A DNA stretch of 64,000 nt from Bacteroidales bacterium UBA5072 (GTDB lineage Bacteria; Bacteroidota; Bacteroidia; Bacteroidales; UBA10428). The notes beneath the pieces are model-generated. The model searched no databases, was not told the DNA's origin, and was given only the letters and a program-made list of their open reading frames with translations. Shown here piece after piece: positions 29,326-40,340 of the stretch (position 1 is its first letter; each line of letters starts with the position of its first letter). Position numbers and translations under genes: made by a program. Where the stretch lies: contig DIAS01000040.1 in the NCBI GenBank assembly GCA_002415855.1, positions 32,114 to 96,113 on the forward strand, in the 5' to 3' direction.

Positions 29326-31032
29326 TCAGAAACTCAGGTCCAGCCCGATGGCAAGGATCAGGGTATCCTTGAAATAAGTATCGGTTGTAGTATAATCTGC
29401 ACCGGTGGCCTGCAATGTATGCGTGTAAGTCTTCGTACCCTCATTATAAATGGAGTATGATACACCGGCATTGATCATCAGGTTATCCAGTACCTTAAAG
29501 CCCAGTCCGCCTCCAATGGTATTGGAAGTAAGACTGTAACTCAAATCGCTTTGGTATTCTTCACTGACACCGGTTTTAGCCAACAGGTAACCACCACTCA
29601 GGAAAAGCTTGTCGGTGAGCCCGTATTCCAAACCGAGACCCATTTCCCAGTAATTGTTATCAATGATTTCGGAATTATCAACCTCCTCACCATCAATCAT
29701 TTTACCATAGCTGACTCCCTTATCCCAGTAATAATGGAATCCGGCAGTAGCGGAGAATCTTTGGCTCAGTTTATAATCAACGCCTAATGACAGCATGGCC
29801 GGCATGTCGCTGCTGATCTTCTCGCCGTCCGGGAACATGGTGATGGGGGTGAAGTCCTCCTCAAGACCGATGATAAAATCGCTCTTTGTATCATTTTCAA
29901 CATCGATGGTGGTCTTAAACTCATATTTTATACCAATATTGAGCTTGTCAAAGGCGAGATTGACTCCAATGATGGGTGTTATACCCGAGCCTTTCTGCAC
30001 CACATCGGCTTCCTGGTTGAACAATGTACTGGTCAGAATTGCTGCATTGGCAGCCATCCCTGATGCATAAGTAGCCTGTCCTGCCTGGGCGGTATATGTT
30101 TCAGCGGCACCATCACAATCAGTCTGTATGTCGCCGATTCCCTGGGTAGGATCAACGCCTATCGCCGTAAGGCCTCCTTCGAGAACTGCACGCTGCGTGG
30201 AAGTTATGGCTCCGGCACTTTCAGCATCTGCAAGGGTTGCAGTCGGAGGCAAACCAGCGTCCATCATACCACCCATTGTGCCGGAGAAAGTTGTGGCATA
30301 AGTCGCCCCGGTAGTAGCCTGCGTTGCCAGACCGTCATATGTTGTGGAAAAATCATCAAATGTTTCACTCACATCGGAATAGACTCCGTTGGGATTAACC
30401 TGCACATTCCTCAGGTATCCTTCATAGGTGTTCTTTACTGAAACGTAACGGGCACCCAGATAAGCCGAAATAACGTCCGTGATCTGGTAAGTTAAGCCCA
30501 ATTGGTATCCGAAATAAACCGAAGTACCTTTGAAATATACCTCTCTTCTATAATCATCCGCTGTAATTCCTAATGGCGCGCCCAGTGCATTGACCATGGG
30601 TACCATATCGGCAACGCTTTGCTCAAAAGAGGGCAATCCGTCTTCGAAGGTAGCGCCACCGCCACCACCTATTGGATTAAACCCGAAGGATACGGCAATT
30701 TTATTCTTCTTCCATGTGGCGTAAAAGCTTGGGAATATTGGTGCTTTCACATCACCGTAATAGGTTTTGGGAGTCGGACTCAGGTACGTGTAATCATTGG
30801 TAACATCTTTGTTCTGAAAAATCGTCTGCGAACTTAATGAAAAATGAAAACCATCTTCCAGTTTCGTCAAACCGGCAGGATTAAAGTAAACGGCATCCGG
30901 ACCGATCGCGGCATCGCGAACCAGGGTTCGCACCCAGTAAGCGCTCTGGTTGGAATTGGTCACTATCCCGCCGCCAAATGCAACGGTAGTCAGGAGAGCA
31001 AGACTAGTGATCAAGAGAAATTGTTTTTTCAT
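29326..31032 (-). CDS. FadL/TodX-like outer-membrane transport protein with a long inserted loop
   Basis: Signal peptide, the N-terminal block AIGPDAVYFNPAGL, a beta-strand pattern and a terminal Phe (GLDLSF). At 568 aa it is longer than classic FadL because of a Gly/Ala/Thr-rich insert. Confidence 0.7.
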   Translation of the reverse strand: MKKQFLLITSLALLTTVAFGGGIVTNSNQSAYWVRTLVRDAAIGPDAVYFNPAGLTKLEDGFHFSLSSQTIFQNKDVTNDYTYLSPTPKTYYGDVKAPIFPSFYATWKKNKIAVSFGFNPIGGGGGATFEDGLPSFEQSVADMVPMVNALGAPLGITADDYRREVYFKGTSVYFGYQLGLTYQITDVISAYLGARYVSVKNTYEGYLRNVQVNPNGVYSDVSETFDDFSTTYDGLATQATTGATYATTFSGTMGGMMDAGLPPTATLADAESAGAITSTQRAVLEGGLTAIGVDPTQGIGDIQTDCDGAAETYTAQAGQATYASGMAANAAILTSTLFNQEADVVQKGSGITPIIGVNLAFDKLNIGIKYEFKTTIDVENDTKSDFIIGLEEDFTPITMFPDGEKISSDMPAMLSLGVDYKLSQRFSATAGFHYYWDKGVSYGKMIDGEEVDNSEIIDNNYWEMGLGLEYGLTDKLFLSGGYLLAKTGVSEEYQSDLSYSLTSNTIGGGLGFKVLDNLMINAGVSYSIYNEGTKTYTHTLQATGADYTTTDTYFKDTLILAIGLDLSF

Positions 31033-31257
31033 AGTTTTTTCTTATTAAGTTTATGAACGAAATTTAAACATTTCCTGAATATTTGCAACAATACACAGGT
31101 TAATTAATACAATCCTGGCACAGCTTGAATAATTTATAATATTGATATTCTTTTATATACGAATTATTCGCATATGTTGAATTATTCAAATATTTAATAT
31201 ACCACAGAATAAATGCATCCGGTGACCGGGAATTACCGCACAATACCTACTTTTGGA

Positions 31258-31265
31258 ACCTGTTG
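31258..31265 (+). promoter_or_regulatory. candidate -7 promoter box for hisS
   Basis: TACTTTTG matches TAnnTTTG, 72 nt upstream of ATG 31338. Confidence 0.3.
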
Positions 31266-31337
31266 GGAAGGGTAAAGGGTGTGGGTTGGCTAAAACTTTA
31301 TTTACTTTGTACCGAAAATAAAATCTTCAGCACTAAA

Positions 31338-32711
31338 ATGGCAGTTCAGAAACCTGGTATTCCAAAAGGCACGCGTGATTTCGGGCCGGAAGAGATGTCA
31401 AAGCGCAATTATATCTTTCATACCATAAAGCGTGTTTTTCAGCGGCATGGTTATGCTCAGATAGAAACTCCGGCCATGGAAAACCTGGATACGCTATTGG
31501 GCAAATATGGTGAGGAGGGTGATAAACTGCTTTTTAAAATATTGAATTCGGGAGATTTTCTGCAGGGATTTGACCTGAGCTGTCTGCAAAGCAGCGGGGC
31601 CAATGCAGCATCACTCCTGATCTGTGAAAAAGGTCTCCGGTATGACCTTACTGTTCCCTTTGCCAGGTTTGTAGTCCAGCACCAGCATGAAATTCAGTTT
31701 CCCTTCAAACGTTACCAGATTCAACCGGTATGGCGTGCCGACCGGCCGCAGAAAGGCAGATACCGTGAGTTTTATCAATGTGATGCCGATGTTATCGGGA
31801 GCAATTCCCTGCTGAATGAAGCTGATCTTATTCATATCATTGACGAGGTTTTCCGGGAACTCGGCATCAGGGTTAAGATCAAGCTGAATAACCGCAGGAT
31901 ACTTGCGGGTATTGCTGATTATATCGGACAGGCAGATAAAATATCGGATATTACCGTGGCCATTGACAAACTCGAGAAGGTAGGTATTGAAGCGGTAAAC
32001 CAGGAGCTTCGCTTAAAAGGTATCGCTGATGAGGAAATAGGCAAACTGGAACCTCTTTTTGACATCAGGGGCAGCAACCGTGAAAAGCTGGCAAAACTTT
32101 CAGAACTTTTGCAACACAGTCAATCCGGCATTCACGGCATCGGGGAAGCAGGCCGGCTTCTGGATCTGCTGGATGTGCTTCAGCTGCAATCGGATTATGA
32201 ACTGGACATTTCTCTGGCCAGGGGGTTAAATTATTATACAGGCACGATCATTGAGGTCAAGGCCATGGACACAGAAATTGGCAGCATCTGCGGTGGCGGC
32301 AGGTATGATGATCTGACAGGCATTTTCGGATTGAAGGATATTTCCGGCGTAGGGGTTTCTTTCGGTGCCGACAGGATTTATGATGTGATGGACCAGCTGC
32401 AATTATTCCCTGTTGAGGCTGCGTCAGCTTCCAGGATAATGTTTGTGAACTTTGGCGAGAAGGAAGCACGCTTTTGCTTGTCCCTGCTTGTTAAACTTCA
32501 TTCGGCAGGGATCGCCGCCGAATTGTATCCCGATGCCGCGAAGTTGAAGAAACAATTGTCCTATGCCGATGCCAGACATTTTCGCTATGTAGTTCTTGCA
32601 GGTGAAAATGAAATGCAGGAAGGAATGCTGATCGTGAAAGATATGATCAGCGGTGAACAAGTAAGGGTTGCACCCGATAATCTGTTGGAAATGGCCAAGC
32701 GTGAACGGTAA
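31338..32711 (+). CDS. hisS: histidine--tRNA ligase
   Basis: Start moved to ATG 31338 ([15 protein letters not shown]). Class II motifs are present: RYREFYQCD (motif 2) and GGGRYDDL (motif 3), with an anticodon-binding C-terminus. Confidence 0.93.
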   Translation: MAVQKPGIPKGTRDFGPEEMSKRNYIFHTIKRVFQRHGYAQIETPAMENLDTLLGKYGEEGDKLLFKILNSGDFLQGFDLSCLQSSGANAASLLICEKGLRYDLTVPFARFVVQHQHEIQFPFKRYQIQPVWRADRPQKGRYREFYQCDADVIGSNSLLNEADLIHIIDEVFRELGIRVKIKLNNRRILAGIADYIGQADKISDITVAIDKLEKVGIEAVNQELRLKGIADEEIGKLEPLFDIRGSNREKLAKLSELLQHSQSGIHGIGEAGRLLDLLDVLQLQSDYELDISLARGLNYYTGTIIEVKAMDTEIGSICGGGRYDDLTGIFGLKDISGVGVSFGADRIYDVMDQLQLFPVEAASASRIMFVNFGEKEARFCLSLLVKLHSAGIAAELYPDAAKLKKQLSYADARHFRYVVLAGENEMQEGMLIVKDMISGEQVRVAPDNLLEMAKRER

Positions 32712-32728
32712 GGGGTGATGGGTTTTAT

Positions 32729-35164
32729 TCAGTTTCCTGTAATGATCTCCGCTACAGCAGGCTGCAATCCTTCAGATGTTGCTTTCAGCAAGATCTTTCC
32801 GGGTTCCTTGTCCGCCTTTACGATCACCAGGCATCTGCCCTGCCAGGCCTTCCGTTCCGGAAGCGTATAACTTTCCAGGCTAAGCGGGTTGGCATTACCT
32901 GTTCCCACGATACTGCCAGGACCGGCAATCTCAAATTTCACGAGGTTCTCCGCCTTGGGATTCCTGGTCCCTGAGGAATCTGTCAATTCAACGGTAACAT
33001 AGCACAGATCCTGTCCGTCGGCCTTGATGTCGGCGCGGTCGGCGGATAACCGCAACTTTGCCGGTGCCTGTGCCGTTTTCAACTCACAGGTACTGATGAG
33101 TTTTTTTCCATGATAACCCGTGGCTTTAAGCACACCTGGCTGATAAGGGACCTGCCAGCCGGCCATGAACCGGGTTTCACGGTTGACTGTCTTTCTGCCC
33201 AATGATGTTCCGTTCAGAAAGAGCTCAACCTGCTCACAGGAAGAATAAACAGTTACCTCCAAGGGCTTATCGGTGTATGTTTCCCAATTCCAGTCGGCCA
33301 CCGCGTCGTACCAATGCCATTTTGACCAGGATTGCCGGTTGGGATTCAGCGCGAAAGAAGGCACAGGCGGCGTGATAAACATTGATACCTGACCGTCTTT
33401 CCAGAGGGCATCGCGGTAATATGACTGTGGCCTTTTCCAGCCGCAGATATCAATATCACCGCAAAAAGCCAGATTCCACGGAAAGAAATTCTGCTCCTGC
33501 CAGTATCCGCGCCAACCAATACTGGCCTCACCGATATAATCAAATCCTGTCCACACGAAATCGCCGATCACCCAGGGGTAATCAATCACATCCATCCAGC
33601 TTTGAAAAGCTTCCAGCGGATAAGACTCCGTTCCGACCATGATACGTTCCGGGACCCTGGTATGGTCATCAAGGTAGATGCTGGCTTTGAGATGATCACC
33701 TCCGGCCGCGTAGTTGTAACCGGCAACATCCAGAACCGCAAAATACGGATCCTTGTCCGGTTTAAGGTCGTTCACGGCTGAGGTCACTGCCCTGGACGCA
33801 TCGAGACTACGGACAAAATCGCCTAATTCCCGGGCGGTTTGAACCACTTCCGGCGTATGCCGATTGGGGATTTCGTTGCCAATGCTCCACATGATCACAG
33901 ACGGGTGGTTAAAATCGCGGAGGACCATACTTTCAATATCCTTTTTCCACCAATCGCGGAAATACAAGTGATAATCAAAGGGATTTTTCTCTTCTGCCCA
34001 CATATCAAAGGCTTCATCGATAACGAGAATTCCCAGTCTGTCGCATGCATCCAGTAAAGCAGGTGAGGGAGGATTATGGGAGCATCTGACAGCATTGAAA
34101 CCTGATGCTTTCATCAGTTCTATCTTCCTTTCTTCCGCCCTGTCATATGACTTTGCACCCAAAGGTCCGTTATCATGATGAAAGCATGCTCCTTTCAGTT
34201 CAACGGACTTTCCGTTCAGGGTGAAACCTGCGACCGGACTAAAAGCTACCGTTCTTATCCCAAACAGGTTTTCTTCCTGATCACGCAAAGTGTTGTCGGC
34301 ATATACCTCCCCATGAGCGGTATACAAGGCAGGATCATCCGGTGACCACAATTCAGGATTTGCCACTTCCAGTTCCTGTACAAACTCATATCGCTGGCCG
34401 GGTCCAAGGGTTCTAAGTGATTCTGAGCGGCCGTTCCTTTCTCCCTTCCGGTCTTCTATCGTGGTAACAAGCTTTACTTCAACCGTCCGGTCACCCTGGT
34501 TGACTATGCTTGTCCTTACACTTATCGCGGCCATTCCCGGGGTAATTACGGAAGAAGTGATCTGAGTCCCCCATGGCAGGATATGAACGGGCTCATCCAT
34601 GGTCAACCACACATGGCGGTATATACCTGATCCGGAGTACCACCGGCTGTTTTCTCCTTCATTCCTGACCTTAACGGCAATTACATTGCGATGGCCCGGG
34701 TCGATAAATCCGGAAACATCATAGAAAAATGAAGAATAACCATAGGGATGGCTGCCCAGGTAATGGCCGTTAAGCCAGCATTCAGCATTCATATATACGC
34801 CGTCGAACCGCAGCGTAACGGATTTCCCCCTTGTGTTTTCAGGCAGAACAAAGGTTTTCCGGTACCAACCTGTTCCTCCGGTAGTAAATCCGCCACTTAC
34901 CTGACTGATGGCATTCGAGTCGAACGGTGTGTGATTTGCCGAAAAGTCCGCCGGGCAGCCCGGCAGGTCCTCAATACTCCAGTCATGGGGCAGATCAACT
35001 ATCCGCCACCGGGAATCATCAAATTCGGGCTGCTCAGCACGCTGGGCAGCGCCCCGGTGAAAGCGCCAGTCAGCGTCGAACAGACCGTTCTTCTCAAGGT
35101 GCGTTTGGGCGAATGATGCCGTCAGGGATGCTGCCAGCAGCAAAACGAGCATTTTTATTTTCAT
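32729..35164 (-). CDS. glycoside hydrolase family 2 protein (beta-galactosidase/beta-glucuronidase-like)
   Basis: Signal peptide, the GH2 sugar-binding N-terminus (WRIVDLPHDW), TIM-barrel blocks NAVRCSHNPPS and MWSIGNE, and C-terminal Ig-like domains. Confidence 0.85.
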   Translation of the reverse strand: MKIKMLVLLLAASLTASFAQTHLEKNGLFDADWRFHRGAAQRAEQPEFDDSRWRIVDLPHDWSIEDLPGCPADFSANHTPFDSNAISQVSGGFTTGGTGWYRKTFVLPENTRGKSVTLRFDGVYMNAECWLNGHYLGSHPYGYSSFFYDVSGFIDPGHRNVIAVKVRNEGENSRWYSGSGIYRHVWLTMDEPVHILPWGTQITSSVITPGMAAISVRTSIVNQGDRTVEVKLVTTIEDRKGERNGRSESLRTLGPGQRYEFVQELEVANPELWSPDDPALYTAHGEVYADNTLRDQEENLFGIRTVAFSPVAGFTLNGKSVELKGACFHHDNGPLGAKSYDRAEERKIELMKASGFNAVRCSHNPPSPALLDACDRLGILVIDEAFDMWAEEKNPFDYHLYFRDWWKKDIESMVLRDFNHPSVIMWSIGNEIPNRHTPEVVQTARELGDFVRSLDASRAVTSAVNDLKPDKDPYFAVLDVAGYNYAAGGDHLKASIYLDDHTRVPERIMVGTESYPLEAFQSWMDVIDYPWVIGDFVWTGFDYIGEASIGWRGYWQEQNFFPWNLAFCGDIDICGWKRPQSYYRDALWKDGQVSMFITPPVPSFALNPNRQSWSKWHWYDAVADWNWETYTDKPLEVTVYSSCEQVELFLNGTSLGRKTVNRETRFMAGWQVPYQPGVLKATGYHGKKLISTCELKTAQAPAKLRLSADRADIKADGQDLCYVTVELTDSSGTRNPKAENLVKFEIAGPGSIVGTGNANPLSLESYTLPERKAWQGRCLVIVKADKEPGKILLKATSEGLQPAVAEIITGN

Positions 35165-35182
35165 GCCTTTTCCGGAGAAATT

Positions 35183-36625
35183 TCAGAACAGACTATTGAT
35201 CAGGGACCTTTGCGGATCGATGGGATACTTTTCATCCGGGGCGAAGAAGGCCTTGCGTTTTATCCATTTGCCCCGGGTAAAATCGGGGAAATCGACCAAT
35301 GAACCGCCTCTGGCGACCGACATTTCAGAAAGCGCTGAAACAGCGCTCCAGGCAGCTGCATCATAAGCATCGAGGGGAACCGGCTGCTTATCCCTGACGG
35401 CTTGAAAAAAGTCACCCAGCATGATGTAATCCATGCCGCCATGACCACCGCCTTCGGCTTCCTTTCCGTGCTCACGCCAGTATTTGTGGTCATACCGGTC
35501 CATCCACCCGGCTGAATCATCCCACTCATGAGGCACTTTCGATTTTCCTTCCACGTATATCGTATCGCCGTCGTTGTACCAGAGACCGCTTGTTCCTTCA
35601 ACCCTGAAACCCAGAGAATAGGGCCTCGGAAGGCTGGTATCATGGGTTACGATGATTGTTTCTCCATTGGCACATTTGATCATGGATGTGACAATGTCAC
35701 CGAGGTTGAATTCAATATTGGCGTAAGGATGCTGCGTTCCTCCATTGTCGACGATGAACTTGTGCAATCCCCGTGATTTGGTGGCCATGGCGGATAGTGT
35801 GAGGAAACGGTTCCCCCTGTTGATATCAAGGTAATTGGCAACGGGACCAATGCCATGTGTGGGATAAAGGTCGCCATTGCGCCTGATGGCATGTAATCCT
35901 CTCCACTGTGCCTCAGAATAAGCCTTAGCACCCATTATTAAAGGTCCCCCGCTGGCATAGTCATAATGGATACCGTCATTGAACTTTACGGAACGCAGAT
36001 CATGTTCATAACCGCACCGGCAATGGATAAGCTCTCCAAAAAGCCCTGTGCGGACCATATTGAGCACTGCCATTACATCGCGCCTATAGCATACATTTTC
36101 AAGGATCATCAGCTCCTTTCCTGTTTCTTCGTGGACATTGACAAGGTCCCAGCACTCCTCGAGGGTATTTGCCGCGGAAACCTCAACCGCCGTATAGGAA
36201 ATCCCGGCTTTCATAGAGGCGACTGACATCGGTACATGCCATTCCCAGGGAGTGGCAATGATAACGGCATCCAGTTCTTCGTTTTTCAGCATATCCTCAA
36301 ACGAAAGCTCATGTCCGGTATATACGCTGGGTTCTTTCCTGCCATTGGAGGCTAGCAGCTTCAAGGCGGCATCCAGCGATGGTTTCTGAATATCACATAT
36401 TGCGGCAATCTCAATGTTCTTAAGAGCCATGGTGTCATTCAGGTGGCTCCGGCCCCGGCTTCCCACGCCAATAAATCCGGCTTTTACAGGTGCCGTTGGA
36501 TCATCAGCTCTTTCAACCTGCTTTCCGGTTTCCGCAAACAATTGTCTGTCTGCCAGATTCAATCCAAGAAGACCGGCACCGGTCAGGGCACTTTTGCGAA
36601 TGAAATCTCTGCGATTATTCTTCAT
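35183..36625 (-). CDS. Gfo/Idh/MocA-type NAD-dependent enzyme with Tat signal (GH109-like)
   Basis: Canonical twin-arginine signal NRRDFIRKSALTGAGLLG. It has the Rossmann motif GFIGVGSRGRSH and size and blocks like the GH109 / Gfo-Idh-MocA family. Confidence 0.7.
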   Translation of the reverse strand: MKNNRRDFIRKSALTGAGLLGLNLADRQLFAETGKQVERADDPTAPVKAGFIGVGSRGRSHLNDTMALKNIEIAAICDIQKPSLDAALKLLASNGRKEPSVYTGHELSFEDMLKNEELDAVIIATPWEWHVPMSVASMKAGISYTAVEVSAANTLEECWDLVNVHEETGKELMILENVCYRRDVMAVLNMVRTGLFGELIHCRCGYEHDLRSVKFNDGIHYDYASGGPLIMGAKAYSEAQWRGLHAIRRNGDLYPTHGIGPVANYLDINRGNRFLTLSAMATKSRGLHKFIVDNGGTQHPYANIEFNLGDIVTSMIKCANGETIIVTHDTSLPRPYSLGFRVEGTSGLWYNDGDTIYVEGKSKVPHEWDDSAGWMDRYDHKYWREHGKEAEGGGHGGMDYIMLGDFFQAVRDKQPVPLDAYDAAAWSAVSALSEMSVARGGSLVDFPDFTRGKWIKRKAFFAPDEKYPIDPQRSLINSLF

Positions 36626-36650
36626 GTTGATACAGTATGTATTACCTGGT

Positions 36651-38198
36651 TCAATTCATTTCAAGCATCACTACCGAAGCGGCAGGAAGTATTACGGTCA
36701 GGATATTCCGGTTAAGTTTGGCACCGCTGAAAGTAACAGGTTTCACATTCCCGGGACCGGAGAAGGTATTGTGTGCCGAGAGTTCTCCGGCTGTAAGCAA
36801 TGTTCCGGAAAGGTTGCCGGGCAGCGCACCGCGTATTTCGATGTTTAATTCAACCGCCTTGTGCGGATCGGCATTGGTAAATGTCACATGTATTTTTCCG
36901 GCCTTGTTCTTCGATGCTGACGCAGAAACTGCAGGGATTGCGTCACCCTGCCAGGAATATATGGGTGACTTAAAGCTAAGCGGTATCAAGGCTGCGTTCT
37001 GATGTACCTTATACATCTCGAAGACATAATAGGTAGGTGTTAGCACCATTTTATCGCCATCGGTGAAAATGATCGACTGCAATACATTGACCAGCTGGGC
37101 GATGTTGGCTCCTTTCACCCTGTCGCTGTGATTGTTGTAAATATTAAGATTGATGCCTGCAACCAATGCATCCCGCAGTGTATTCTGCTGAAACAGGAAT
37201 CCTGGATTGGTTCCAGGTTCCACATCATACCATGTGCCCCATTCATCCACGAACAGTCCGACTTCTTTTTTCGGATCATACTGATCCATGATGGAAGAAT
37301 GCCTTGTGATCAGCTCTTCCATAAACAGGGTATGTTTGATGGTGGAGAAGTACTCTGCCTCTGTGAACTGCGTGGCTGAGCCCTTCTTTTCCCATGTACC
37401 GGGGATGGTATAGTAATGCAGGGAGACCCCGTTGAGCATATCATGCGGAATATTCTTCATCAGAGTTTCCATCCAATGGTAATCATTTGAATTAGGTCCG
37501 CCGGCGATCTTAAAAAGCCTGTTGCTTCCATAATTACGGGCATAAGTGGCATAACGCCGGTACTGGTCAGCATAGAATTCAGCCGTCATATTTCCTCCGC
37601 AACCCCAGTTCTCATTGCCAACACCCCAGAATTTTACCTTCCAGGGCAGTTCCCGGCCGTTCATCCTGCGCAGCTCAGCCATCGGACTTTTACCATCGAA
37701 AGTTATGTATTCCACCCACTTTGACATTTCTTCGACAGAACCGCTTCCGACGTTTCCGCAGATATAGGGCTCGGCTCCCAGTTGCTCACATAAATCGAGA
37801 AATTCATGCGTACCAAAGCTGTTATCCTCTACCACTCCCCCCCAATGGGTGTTGACCATTTTTGGGCGGTTTTCACGAGGTCCGATCCCATCCATCCAGT
37901 GGTATTCATCGGCAAAGCATCCGCCCGGCCACCTGAGATTCGGTATGTTTATCCTTTTGAGCGCATCAACAACATCATTTCTGATACCCCTGTTATTGGG
38001 AATTGTTGAGTTTTCACCGACCCATAAACCACCATAGATACAATGTCCGAGATGTTCGGAAAAATTTCCATAGATATGACGGCTAATGGTATCTGCAGTC
38101 TGATCGGTATTCAGGACCAAACCAGCAACCTGTGCGGACAATGATACCGGCACAGCAAGCATGGTCAATGCAAAACTGTATGTAAAGAATTTTCGCAT
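36651..38198 (-). CDS. alpha-L-arabinofuranosidase (GH51-like)
   Basis: Signal peptide. GH51-type blocks are present: [25 protein letters not shown] (acid/base Glu) and FVDEWG (nucleophile Glu), plus a C-terminal beta-sandwich. Confidence 0.8.
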   Translation of the reverse strand: MRKFFTYSFALTMLAVPVSLSAQVAGLVLNTDQTADTISRHIYGNFSEHLGHCIYGGLWVGENSTIPNNRGIRNDVVDALKRINIPNLRWPGGCFADEYHWMDGIGPRENRPKMVNTHWGGVVEDNSFGTHEFLDLCEQLGAEPYICGNVGSGSVEEMSKWVEYITFDGKSPMAELRRMNGRELPWKVKFWGVGNENWGCGGNMTAEFYADQYRRYATYARNYGSNRLFKIAGGPNSNDYHWMETLMKNIPHDMLNGVSLHYYTIPGTWEKKGSATQFTEAEYFSTIKHTLFMEELITRHSSIMDQYDPKKEVGLFVDEWGTWYDVEPGTNPGFLFQQNTLRDALVAGINLNIYNNHSDRVKGANIAQLVNVLQSIIFTDGDKMVLTPTYYVFEMYKVHQNAALIPLSFKSPIYSWQGDAIPAVSASASKNKAGKIHVTFTNADPHKAVELNIEIRGALPGNLSGTLLTAGELSAHNTFSGPGNVKPVTFSGAKLNRNILTVILPAASVVMLEMN

Positions 38199-38228
38199 GG
38201 TTTAAGCAATAGAATAAAAAAAAGATAT

Positions 38229-39362
38229 TTAGAACCTGGTCATCCAGGCCTCCGGAAAAATCTCCTCGCGTATACGTTTGAGCTCCTTCACGGCCATTTC
38301 CTTGTCACTGAAGGAAGCGAAGCTTACAGCGTGCAGATTGCCGATCTTTCCGAATTTCTCAGCATTGAATCCCTTATTCCTGAGCGATTTAACCAACTCA
38401 TCCGCGTTGATTTCATCCCTGAAGCAACCGGCAACGATATAATACCGCAGCTCTTCGGCAGACTGAGTCTCATCCCCGGATTCCAGGGCTGGTGCCTCCC
38501 TGAAAATAATTGCCGTATCTGTGGCTGCGAGCCTCACAGAATCGGTCAGGTCCTGAAAGATGGAATCCATCATACCTGCCGGGACTTCCTCCTTTTCCTT
38601 AAAAAGCCCCCTGATTTTATCGCCAAGCACAAACCATGCAATTACTGCAGCATTGGCCAGTAAAACCAGGATCACCAGTTTCACCACAAGATTGGCAATG
38701 TTCAGGGACGATTTTTCAGGACGGGACTCACCTTCCACCTGATCTACTGCCGGTGAAGGTTCCGGCTCAGCAGGAGTCACTTCGGGCGTAGCAACAACAG
38801 GGACTTCTTCCGGAATGGTAACGGGACTTTCCGGGACCGGCTCCTCTGAATTTTCCTTAAGATCATCCTGTGGTGTGACCGGAATGGGTTCTTCAACCTT
38901 TTTTTCAGGGGTCACAGGTTTATTTCGCGCAGCGGGGACTTTCCTGCCTGTACGTCTTGTCTCATTCTTCAGCTGCGAACGCTCTTCCTCGCTTGCTGTA
39001 TCAGGAAGCTCCAGTTCAATTTCAGATGTTTTGTCGGGTACCCTGTCCTTGCCTTCACTTTCAAAAACAACCTTTCCGCTGCTGTCCTTTTCCAGCATGC
39101 CAATACCTTTGAGCTTATAACCCTTGCCGCTGTCGAGCAATTTTGTGACATTCAATACATAATCCGCAACCAGCTGACGGGCTGTTTCCAGTTCCACGCC
39201 CTCGGATTTGGCTATGGCTTCAATGAGTAATCCGTCGTTGTACCGAAGGAATTCATTAAACACTATGATCCTTGGGTCTTTTTGTTTGATAATAAAGGCG
39301 CCGAAATCTGGTATTATTACCCTGAGGTTGCTGTTTAACAAAGCGTTAATACTTTTCTCCAT
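38229..39362 (-). CDS. HU-like N-terminal domain / TM / SPOR-domain protein
   Basis: N-terminal HU-CCDC81-like block (IPDFGAFIIK), a Pro/Glu-rich linker, one TM helix (LVILVLLANAAVIAWFVL), and a C-terminal SPOR-like block YYIVAGCF...AVSFASF. Confidence 0.65.
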   Translation of the reverse strand: MEKSINALLNSNLRVIIPDFGAFIIKQKDPRIIVFNEFLRYNDGLLIEAIAKSEGVELETARQLVADYVLNVTKLLDSGKGYKLKGIGMLEKDSSGKVVFESEGKDRVPDKTSEIELELPDTASEEERSQLKNETRRTGRKVPAARNKPVTPEKKVEEPIPVTPQDDLKENSEEPVPESPVTIPEEVPVVATPEVTPAEPEPSPAVDQVEGESRPEKSSLNIANLVVKLVILVLLANAAVIAWFVLGDKIRGLFKEKEEVPAGMMDSIFQDLTDSVRLAATDTAIIFREAPALESGDETQSAEELRYYIVAGCFRDEINADELVKSLRNKGFNAEKFGKIGNLHAVSFASFSDKEMAVKELKRIREEIFPEAWMTRF

Positions 39363-39584
39363 GAGGTCGGAAGCAGTTTTTAATTAAAAATAGCAGGTGA
39401 AAGTTACAGGTTGAAAGTTAAATCCAGTTCTAAATTACACCAAAATATTAATTTTAAAGGAATATATGAAAGGCAAAGTGTAAAAATTTTGGCTATAAAT
39501 AAAAAGCGAATAAAATGGAGACCGGAATACCGGACTTTATTTTTTTGTTGCTATCTTGCAATACCATACAGTAAACATGAACCT

Positions 39585-40340
39585 ATGAATTCGAAAAAAA
39601 TCCTGGGCATTGACATCGGTGGTTCCGGCATCAAAGGTGCACCAGTTGATATCAAGACCGGCAAGCTACTGGAAGATAGATTCAGGGTACCAACGCCCGA
39701 ACCTTCCACCCCTCAAAAGGTTGCCAAAGCCATAAAAGAACTGGTGAAGCATTTTAATTGGGATGGTCCCATCGGATGTGGATTCCCTGCTGTTGTGCAA
39801 AATGGTATGGTAAAAACGGCAGCCAACATTGATAAGTCATGGATCAATACCGATGCCAGAAAACTGTTCAAGGAGGCCACTAAACTTCCTGTTTGGGTTC
39901 TCAATGATGCAGATGCTGCAGGATTGGCTGAGGTGAAACTGGGGGCAGGCGCAGGTTTCAAGGGGGCTATCGTGGTGCTTACCATTGGAACGGGTATCGG
40001 CTCCTCGCTGTTTATCAAAGGAAAATTGTACCCGAATACAGAATTCGGTCATGTTGAATTCAAAGGCATGGACGCAGAAGCTTATGCCTCTGACAACGCA
40101 CGGAAGAAGGAAGAGCTGGATTGGGAAACATGGGGAAAAAGGCTGAACGAGTACCTTTCGCATATTGAATTCCTTTGCTGGCCCGAATTGATCATTATTG
40201 GCGGCGGCGCAAGCAAGAAACTTGATCTTTTCAAGGATCAGCTAAACCTGAAAGCCAAAGTGGTACCGGCAAAGTTCCTCAATGAAGCCGGGATTATCGG
40301 AGCTGCTATGGCAGCTAAGGTCAACATCAAGAAACATTAA
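39585..40340 (+). CDS. ppgK: polyphosphate glucokinase (ROK family)
   Basis: Start moved to ATG 39585 ([22 protein letters not shown]). Blocks [21 protein letters not shown] and GGGASKK match ~250-aa PpgK-type ROK kinases. Confidence 0.8.
   Translation: MNSKKILGIDIGGSGIKGAPVDIKTGKLLEDRFRVPTPEPSTPQKVAKAIKELVKHFNWDGPIGCGFPAVVQNGMVKTAANIDKSWINTDARKLFKEATKLPVWVLNDADAAGLAEVKLGAGAGFKGAIVVLTIGTGIGSSLFIKGKLYPNTEFGHVEFKGMDAEAYASDNARKKEELDWETWGKRLNEYLSHIEFLCWPELIIIGGGASKKLDLFKDQLNLKAKVVPAKFLNEAGIIGAAMAAKVNIKKH

Noticed and set aside
31263-31337. Upstream alternative starts in the track. These are hisS 31263 and, by the same reasoning, ppgK 39411, symporter 40970, hypE 44853, hypA 45920, YceI 60491 and mini-lipoprotein 55973.
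   Set aside because: In each case the extension has no homology-like character. A downstream ATG reproduces the conserved family N-terminus ([55 protein letters not shown], or a signal peptide).
39398-39420. Direct repeat TGAAAGTTA x2 (14-bp register) in the divergent spacer between the SPOR-protein gene and ppgK.
   Set aside because: A single pair of 9-mers in an AT-rich promoter region, with no associated regulator gene. It is insufficient for a regulatory call.
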